Below are positions 26,266-32,000 of a DNA stretch of 32,000 nt, in pieces. Origin of the DNA: an uncultured Akkermansia sp. Lineage in GTDB: Bacteria; Verrucomicrobiota; Verrucomicrobiia; Limisphaerales; UBA9464. Each line of letters begins with the position of its first letter. Position 1 is the first letter of the stretch. The position numbers were made by a program, and so were the translations under genes. The stretch lies in contig CAYSGH010000018.1 in NCBI GenBank assembly GCA_964430505.1, positions 8,365 through 40,364 of the forward strand, given 5' to 3'. The notes below the pieces were generated by a model that did no database searches, had not been told where the DNA came from, and was given only the letters and a program-made list of their open reading frames with translations.

Positions 26266-26775
26266 ATGTCTCCTCCCTCCGCCATCGCCGCGATGGCTCG
26301 CAACCGCGTGGTGGGCCATGCCAACCGGATCCCATGGCACCTGCCCGGCGACTTCCGGTGGTTCAAGCAGTCCACCCTCGGCGGCATCCTCCTGATGGGG
26401 CGGCGCACCTTTGAGTCCATTGGGCGTCCCTTGCCCGGACGCGAGACCTTCATCCTGTCCCATTCCGGCTATGCCGCGCCGGGCGCGCGCACCTTCCCGG
26501 ACCTTCCCTCCGTGGCTCGGGCGTTGGTGGGCGACCCGCGCCCGGTCTGGGTTTGCGGCGGCGCCGAGGTCTATCGCCAGTGCTTGCCCTACTGCCGCGA
26601 GCTGTACCTGTCGCTCGTGGATGCCGAGCCCGAGGGCGACGCGTGGTTTCCTCCGTTCGAGGATCGGTTCCAAGACGTCGGCGAGGTCCATCGCGACCCA
26701 GGCTTCGTCGTTCACAAGTTTGTCCAAGCCCATCCCGTCCCATGGCCTGGCTCGTCGGAAAACGCCGTTGGTTGA
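26266..26775 (+). CDS. folA: Dihydrofolate reductase
   Basis: Collinear with FolA: IPWHLPGDFRWFK, LMGRRTFESIGRPLPGR, VCGGAEVY, LYLSLVDAEPEGDAWFP. Confidence 0.85.
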   Translation: MSPPSAIAAMARNRVVGHANRIPWHLPGDFRWFKQSTLGGILLMGRRTFESIGRPLPGRETFILSHSGYAAPGARTFPDLPSVARALVGDPRPVWVCGGAEVYRQCLPYCRELYLSLVDAEPEGDAWFPPFEDRFQDVGEVHRDPGFVVHKFVQAHPVPWPGSSENAVG

Positions 26776-27854
26776 CCCTTGCCCCCGCGCTTTGCCTTGC
26801 GGCGCGGATGTCTGCCCGGGATGTCCCCGGCAAGGTCCCGCCGTCGCGGCTGTTTTGGTGGCCCGACGCTGCGGATCTCCGGTGGACGACCAACGACGAC
26901 GCCGTCGTCGCGGTGGCCCCCCTTGCGACTCCGGGCTTTCGTTGGAGAGAGGCGGTCGTGTCGTGGAACCTTCCCACGAACTGGCCCGCCACCCTGGAAG
27001 CGAGGCCCGTCTTCGGCGGGACGGCCCAGGATGTCCCGTGGTACGTCATCGCGCGATGGTCGGCCGACCCGGCCGTGGCGCCGCGCACCAGCGTGCCCGG
27101 GCAACGCGATGCATGGGCCACGGTGGACACCGACATCCTTCGGGCCATGGAGCCCGCGGCGGCCATCGAGGTGCGCGCGCGGTTTCGCAAGGGCCTCGCG
27201 GCGGCGGCGGGGCCCGTTCGCCTGGGCGTGTCGCTGCTGGGATGGGAAGCCACCGAGTCGCGCCCACCGGGCAACCCCATGGCATGGGGCCGTGCCGTCC
27301 CGGTGCCCGTGCGGTCGCAGGCCGACTATCCGGAGGGGATCCATACTTGGTGCAGCCCCACGAGCCTCACGATGTTGCTGGCGCATGCCTTGCCGGACGC
27401 GAGCGGCTTGGACGCGGGTCTGGACGTGCGCCCCGTGGCGGCGGCGGTGCATGACCCGGGCTGGGGCGGGACGGGCAACTGGCCGTTCAACACGGCGTTC
27501 GCGGGGCAGCAGCCTGGGTTGGCGGCCTGCGTCGCGCGCCTTGGGGGCGTGGGCGACCTCGAGTCGTGGATCGCGTCCGGCCGCCCCGTCGCCGTCTCCG
27601 TGTCGTACGCCCAACTCAAGGGCGCGGCCGAGCCCAGGCCGGGCGACGGGCACTTGGTCGTGGTGTCTGGGTTCACGACCCAGGGGGATGTTCGCGTGCA
27701 GGATCCCGGGGTCGCGCGCGAACGGGTCATGCGCGTGGTGCCAAGGGCCGACTTCGAGCGTGCCTGGGACCATTCGTCACGCACGGCCTACCTGGTGTGG
27801 CCGACGAACCGGGCGGTTCCTGCGGCCTCGCAGGGCCGATGGCCCGAGCGTTGA
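26742..27854 (+). CDS. Secreted peptidase C39-like (papain-fold cysteine peptidase, Peptidase_C39_2-type) with an N-terminal uncharacterised domain
   Basis: ATG at 26742 within ORF 26553..27854, overlapping the folA 3' end by 34 nt. Signal peptide KRRWLTLAPALCLAARMSA. Putative nucleophile context HTWCSPTSLTMLL and His context GDGHLVVVSGF. Confidence 0.6.
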   Translation: MAWLVGKRRWLTLAPALCLAARMSARDVPGKVPPSRLFWWPDAADLRWTTNDDAVVAVAPLATPGFRWREAVVSWNLPTNWPATLEARPVFGGTAQDVPWYVIARWSADPAVAPRTSVPGQRDAWATVDTDILRAMEPAAAIEVRARFRKGLAAAAGPVRLGVSLLGWEATESRPPGNPMAWGRAVPVPVRSQADYPEGIHTWCSPTSLTMLLAHALPDASGLDAGLDVRPVAAAVHDPGWGGTGNWPFNTAFAGQQPGLAACVARLGGVGDLESWIASGRPVAVSVSYAQLKGAAEPRPGDGHLVVVSGFTTQGDVRVQDPGVARERVMRVVPRADFERAWDHSSRTAYLVWPTNRAVPAASQGRWPER

Positions 27855-27881
27855 GGAGCCCGTGGCGCTCGGACGTGGGGT

Positions 27882-29756
27882 TCACGCCCGGGCGGAGAGT
27901 TCCTCCCATCGGGCATAGAGGCGGGCGACTTCGGCCTTGGCGGCGTCGTGGGCGGCCATGAACTCGGGAGCGCGGGGTCCCACGGACTTGTGGAAGTCGG
28001 GCGAGGCAAGGGTGGCGTCCATCTCGGCGACCTTGCACTCGGCGGCGAGGATGGCCTCCTCCATGCTGGCGAACTCGCGTTGCTCGTTGAACGACAGCTT
28101 GCGCTTGCGGGCGGCGGGCGCGGGGCCGGAAGCCGGGGGCGCGGCCGTGGCGGATGCGGTCCCCGACGCGAGGGCCGAGGCGGCCGGCGCGCTCGCCCGG
28201 CGACGCTTTTCGGCATGGTAGGAAGGGTTGCCCACGACGACGTCCACGCGTCCCTCGCCCTCGAAGGCGATCGTGTGGGTACAGACGCGGTCCAGGAAGT
28301 ACCGGTCGTGGCTGACGACGACCACGCAGCCCGGGAAGCCCATGAGCGCCTCCTCGAGGACGCGGAGGGTGGGGAGGTCGAGGTCGTTGGTGGGCTCGTC
28401 GAGCACGAGGAAGTTGCCGCCGTTCTTGAGGATGCGGGCCAGCAACAGGCGGCTTCGCTCGCCGCCGCTCAGGAGCCGCACGGGCGTGGACATGCGATCC
28501 TCCGGGAACAGGAAGCGCCGCAGGTACGCCCGCAGCGAGAGGCGTTCCTGGCCCCATTGGACCCAGTCGGGGCCGTCGCCCACGGCGTCCAGCAAGGTGC
28601 GGCTCTCGTCGAGCTGGAGGCGGCCTTGGTCCACGTAGTTGAAGCGGGTGAGGGGCCCCACGCGGACCTCGCCCTCGGTGGGCGGCAACGAACCGAGGAG
28701 CACGCGAAGCAGGGAGGTCTTGCCGAGCCCGTTGCGGCCGGTGACGCCCACGCGCGTGCCGGGCGCGAACGACAGGGAGACGTGGGAGAACAACCGGCGG
28801 CCACCAAGGACCAGGCCCACGTCGGAGAGGTCCACGATGCGGTTCCCGAGCTGGGGCGGCGGCGGGATCACGAGGTCCATCTCGCCCTCGCCCGGGGGCG
28901 GCGCCTTCGCGTCGGCCTCGTGGAAGCGGTCGAGGCGCGCCTGCGACTTGCTGGTCTGCGCCTTGGGCCGTCGGCGCACCCACTCGATCTCGCGGCGCAG
29001 GAACATTTGGCGCTTGTGCTCGGAGAGCTCCTCCGCCGCGAGCTTGTCGGCCCGCGCGGCGAGGTACTCGGTGTAGTTGCCCTCGTAGCGCTCGAAGATG
29101 CCGTTGCGCAGCTCGACGATCCCGTTGGCCACCTCGTCGAGGAAGTGCCGGTCATGCGTCACCACGAGGAGCGCGCCCGGGTAGTCCCGGAGGTAGCCCA
29201 CCAGCCACTCGATGCTGCCGGTGTCCAGGTGGTTCGTGGGCTCGTCCAGGACCAGCACGTCCGGCCGCGACACGATGGCACGTGCCAGGGCCACGCGGCG
29301 CTTCTCGCCGCCGGAGAGCCGCGTCACCGGGGCGTCCGGGGGCGGGCACCCGAGCTCGGTGAGCGCCGACTTGATCCGATGTTCCAAGGCCCAGCCGTCA
29401 AAGTGGCGGATGCGCTCCTCGATGTCGGCGTGGCGCGGCGAGTCGCCGGGCAGGCGCTCGAACTCGTCCAGCAGCGCGAGCACGTGGCGCGCGCCCATGC
29501 GCACGTTGGACTGCACGTCGAGTGCCTCGTCGAGGGCGAACTCCTGGGGCAGGTAGCCCATGACCAAGTCGCGTTGCCGCACCACCTCGCCGCCGTCCGG
29601 GGCCAGTTCCCCCATCAAGATGCGCAGGAAGGTGGACTTGCCCGACCCGTTGCGCCCCACCAACCCCACGCGCTCGCCCGCGACCAACCCCATCGTGGCG
29701 TGGTCCAGGAGCACCCGCGTGTTGTGACGAAGGACGATGTCTCGGGCGGTGATCAT
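27882..29756 (-). CDS. ABC-F family ATPase (Uup/EttA-type; two ABC domains plus a C-terminal coiled coil)
   Basis: Two Walker A sites (GRNGSGKST, GRNGLGKTS), two signatures (LSGGEKRR, LSGGERSR), no TM domain, an inter-domain linker, and a charged C-terminal helix. Confidence 0.9.
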   Translation of the reverse strand: MITARDIVLRHNTRVLLDHATMGLVAGERVGLVGRNGSGKSTFLRILMGELAPDGGEVVRQRDLVMGYLPQEFALDEALDVQSNVRMGARHVLALLDEFERLPGDSPRHADIEERIRHFDGWALEHRIKSALTELGCPPPDAPVTRLSGGEKRRVALARAIVSRPDVLVLDEPTNHLDTGSIEWLVGYLRDYPGALLVVTHDRHFLDEVANGIVELRNGIFERYEGNYTEYLAARADKLAAEELSEHKRQMFLRREIEWVRRRPKAQTSKSQARLDRFHEADAKAPPPGEGEMDLVIPPPPQLGNRIVDLSDVGLVLGGRRLFSHVSLSFAPGTRVGVTGRNGLGKTSLLRVLLGSLPPTEGEVRVGPLTRFNYVDQGRLQLDESRTLLDAVGDGPDWVQWGQERLSLRAYLRRFLFPEDRMSTPVRLLSGGERSRLLLARILKNGGNFLVLDEPTNDLDLPTLRVLEEALMGFPGCVVVVSHDRYFLDRVCTHTIAFEGEGRVDVVVGNPSYHAEKRRRASAPAASALASGTASATAAPPASGPAPAARKRKLSFNEQREFASMEEAILAAECKVAEMDATLASPDFHKSVGPRAPEFMAAHDAAKAEVARLYARWEELSARA

Positions 29757-29796
29757 GGGAAGGGAGAGCGGGGGGCGGGGGGCGGGGTGCGGGGGG
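29757..29796 (+). repeat. Second G-run tract containing the same 20-mer GCGGGGGGCGGGGGGCGGGG
   Basis: G runs at 29757-59, 29762-64, 29770-75, 29777-82, 29784-87 and 29791-96. The 20-mer lies at 29768-29787. The tract abuts the ABC-F start codon (29754-29756, minus strand), so the ABC-F leader is C-rich. Confidence 0.7.
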
Positions 29797-29839
29797 CGTT
29801 ATGGGCACGGCTCGGCATTCATGGCCCGCGGCCCAAGGG

Positions 29840-30958
29840 TCACATCGAGATTCTTCGGGCGCGGGCCTCGATGGGCCATGGCTCGACGGCTCGGGCGTCG
29901 CGGACGAGCCATGCCTCCTGGTGGAGGGCGACGGTGGGGCAAACGTGCCATGGGATGCCGTAGAGCTCCGACCCAGGTGGCAGGCTGTCGGCGCGCGACG
30001 TCCGCAGCACGAGGTGTTCCTCGCTGTGGGAGACGGGCTCGGCGTCGGGCAGGGCCGGGAACACGACGCGTGGGTGCGGCATCTCGGCGGCGACGGCCTT
30101 GTGCCCAAGGTCGAGGCAGACGAGGCCCGGGGCGGGGCGGCTCACGACGCGCGCGAGCAGCACGACGGCGGGGGAGAAGGGGAGGTCGGGAAGCTTGGTG
30201 GCATATCCGGCGTCCCAGAAGACGGTGGTGCCGGGGCTGAGCTCCACGTTGGGACGGCGCGCATGGATGGCGAAGGTGGGCGATCCTCCGGCCACGATGG
30301 CCGGGACGGCGATGTGTCGTTCACGGAAAGCCTGGGACAGGGCTTCGACGGAGGCGAAGGCTTCGTCGCAGGCGCGCGTGCGCTCGGCGAGGTCCGGGAT
30401 TCCGAGGTGGCCGTCATAGGCGTGCAGCCCGCGCCATGAAAGGCCCGGATGCCGCAGGATCTCGCAGGCGACGTCCACGGCGGCGGGACCGGGAGCGACG
30501 CCGGTGCGATGCTGGCCGATGTCGAGGTCGATCCATGCGCCCACGGCGGGCGCGCCGACCTCCGCGATGGCGGCGGCCAAGGTCCGGACCGGCTCGGGAG
30601 CGTCGAAGACGGCGGAGAAGCGGACGTCGTGGAAGTGATGCGCGAGGCGGGCGAGGCGGGTGGAGGAGGGCCCGACGGGCTGGAGGGCGAGGAGGATGTC
30701 GCGGGCTCCGGCGGCGGCGGCCATCTCGGCCTCGGCGACGGTGGCCACCTTGGCCTTGGTGATGCCGAGCTGGGCTTGGCGTCGCACCAACTGGGGCAGC
30801 TTGTGCGTCTTGAGGTGGGGCCGTAGGCGCGCCGGGTCCCCGGCCACGCGGAGCATGGCGGCGAGGTTGGCCTCCATCCGGGCCTCGTCGATCAGGAGAA
30901 CGGGGGAGGGAAGGTCGCCCGCGTTGCGGAGGGCGTCCCAGGGAAGGGTCACGGGCAT
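29840..30958 (-). CDS. PLP-dependent D-serine dehydratase-like / D-threonine aldolase family enzyme (alanine racemase N-domain fold)
   Basis: Start at the MPVTLPW ATG (30956-30958). PLP-lysine context RPHLKTHK, LHAYDGH, and a C-terminal LDLGHKAV...SEEH segment typical of the DSD1/D-TA family. Confidence 0.75.
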   Translation of the reverse strand: MPVTLPWDALRNAGDLPSPVLLIDEARMEANLAAMLRVAGDPARLRPHLKTHKLPQLVRRQAQLGITKAKVATVAEAEMAAAAGARDILLALQPVGPSSTRLARLAHHFHDVRFSAVFDAPEPVRTLAAAIAEVGAPAVGAWIDLDIGQHRTGVAPGPAAVDVACEILRHPGLSWRGLHAYDGHLGIPDLAERTRACDEAFASVEALSQAFRERHIAVPAIVAGGSPTFAIHARRPNVELSPGTTVFWDAGYATKLPDLPFSPAVVLLARVVSRPAPGLVCLDLGHKAVAAEMPHPRVVFPALPDAEPVSHSEEHLVLRTSRADSLPPGSELYGIPWHVCPTVALHQEAWLVRDARAVEPWPIEARARRISM

Positions 30959-30971
30959 GGCGCGCGCGGGC

Positions 30972-31433
30972 CTAGGCCAGCTCGAAGATGACCTCAATCT
31001 CGACGGCGATGTTGCCGGGCAACGGGCCCATGCCAACGGCGGATCGTGCGCCGATGCCGTGCTCGGGGCCCCAGATCTCCGCGAAGAGCTCGGAGCAGCC
31101 ATTGATGACCTTGGGATGGTCGTAGAAGTCCGGGGCGGTGTTGACCATGCCGAGGATCTTGATGACGCGCCGGACGCGGTCGAGGGAGCCGAGGTGCGTG
31201 CGCAGGCTGGACAGGATGGCGAGGCCGACCTGGCGGGCGGCGGCGTGCCCGGCGGCGAGGTCGAGGTCGCGCCCGACCACGCCCTTGATCAAGGAGCCGT
31301 CGGTGCAGACGGGGCCGTGGCCGGAGACGTAGGCGGCGTTGTTGAAGACGACGACGGGCTTGTACACCGCCACGGGCTTGGGGGCGGGCGGCAGGACGAG
31401 CTGGAGCTCGGCAAGTCGTGATTCAGCGCTCAT
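30972..31433 (-). CDS. RidA/YjgF-family reactive-intermediate (enamine/imine) deaminase
   Basis: ~153 aa from the MSAESRLAEL start. Family motifs: AAYVSGHGP, and the C-terminal RSAVGMGPLPGNIAVEIEVIFEL. It ends 13 nt upstream of the PLP enzyme gene. Confidence 0.85.
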   Translation of the reverse strand: MSAESRLAELQLVLPPAPKPVAVYKPVVVFNNAAYVSGHGPVCTDGSLIKGVVGRDLDLAAGHAAARQVGLAILSSLRTHLGSLDRVRRVIKILGMVNTAPDFYDHPKVINGCSELFAEIWGPEHGIGARSAVGMGPLPGNIAVEIEVIFELA

Positions 31434-31482
31434 GAGGCCCTCAGCATGCATCGGTCACCGTGCTGGACGCGAGCCCGCGTTT

Positions 31483-31510
31483 GGCCTCGCAACTTCATGT
31501 TGGCGAGGCC
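31483..31510 (-). terminator. Hairpin between the acylase-family gene and the RidA gene
   Basis: GGCCTCGCAAC-TTCAT-GTTGGCGAGGCC, i.e. 8 + 4 bp stem with a one-base bulge. No U tract on the transcribed (minus) strand. Confidence 0.3.
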
Positions 31511-31595
31511 GTGGTCCCTCGCGGTGCGGCCGGGGATGGGCTGGGAGGACGCCGTTCCGGGAATCACATCGGACGGGGTCGTGCGCGGTGGCTTC

Positions 31596-32000
31596 CTACC
31601 CCTTCCGGCTGGAGAGGACGAGCCGGTGGACGATGGGCCGGCCCAGGAGCGGGGTGGGCACGCCCTGGAGCCAGTCGGGGTGGCTGTTGCGATAGAATGG
31701 GGACAGGAAGTGGCCGCTCTGTCCGGCCGGGAGGTGCAGGTAGGCGTTGGACTCGTTGCCGGGCTCGATGCCAAACCGTTGGCTCGCCCCGAAGTCGGGC
31801 CCGGCAATCCGGGGGAGGCCGTAGTGGAACCCATGCTGGGGTTCCTCCGGCATGTCGAGCCAGCGCGACAACCACGTCGGCAGCGCGGGGCTCAACCGAT
31901 GCCGCACCTGCGTCCGGTTGATCTCCCCCCAGGGCCGCAGGTCCGCCGGGCGTCCGTCCTTGCTGACGCCCAGCGCGCGCCGCGCCGCCTCCTCCAAGAG
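31596..32000 (-). CDS. Penicillin amidase / acyl-homoserine-lactone acylase family (peptidase S45), C-terminal end only; gene continues beyond the window
   Basis: The C-terminal signature PAGQSGHFLSPFYRNSHPDWLQG is typical of Ntn-hydrolase penicillin acylases. The ORF is open to the window edge. Confidence 0.7.
   Translation of the reverse strand, partial: LLEEAARRALGVSKDGRPADLRPWGEINRTQVRHRLSPALPTWLSRWLDMPEEPQHGFHYGLPRIAGPDFGASQRFGIEPGNESNAYLHLPAGQSGHFLSPFYRNSHPDWLQGVPTPLLGRPIVHRLVLSSRKG

Noticed and set aside
27948-29963. 671 aa plus-strand ORF opposite the ABC-F gene
   Set aside because: Antisense artefact. The minus strand carries duplicated Walker A, signature and Walker B motifs.

Overview
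GC-rich (about two-thirds G+C by eye) chromosomal window from a diderm bacterium. Outer-membrane proteins are present, many genes lack a Shine-Dalgarno sequence, and low-complexity secreted proteins suggest the PVC group (Verrucomicrobiota-like); that placement is inference only. I call 27 CDS. I saw no rRNA, tRNA, CRISPR array, transposase or integrase. Layout: (1) 1-5597 (+) is a T2SS/type IV pilus-like envelope assembly module (GspL-like PilM-PilN fusion, PilO/GspM-like, PilP/GspC-like, secretin). The genes are chained by ATGA overlaps, and the secretin is divided into two ORFs by a single in-frame TAG. (2) 5730-9896 (-) is an operon: tandem-domain GTP cyclohydrolase II-like protein, SIS-like protein, Hpt, LD-carboxypeptidase. 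(3) 10071-18540 (+), divergent from (2), holds a TonB-dependent receptor followed by four signal-peptide-bearing adenosine/purine nucleoside enzymes (NUP family, adenosine deaminase, DUF62 SAM hydrolase, MtnN/PNP-like nucleosidase) and an AzgA-type purine base permease. I read this as a candidate periplasmic adenosyl/purine-nucleoside scavenging locus and consider it the most interesting part of the window. (4) 18585-32000 is mostly housekeeping or mixed: atypical HAD-like protein, Tat-exported FAD oxidoreductase, moaA, ABC-2 exporter pair, gap, folA, secreted C39-like peptidase, ABC-F ATPase, D-serine dehydratase-like PLP enzyme plus RidA, and the 3' end of a penicillin/AHL-acylase family gene. 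Small non-coding features include a clear intrinsic terminator after gap, several strong hairpins, two copies of an identical G-rich 20-mer inside G-quadruplex-prone tracts, and two heptamer tandem repeats. The many long ORFs antisense to real genes are high-GC artefacts.
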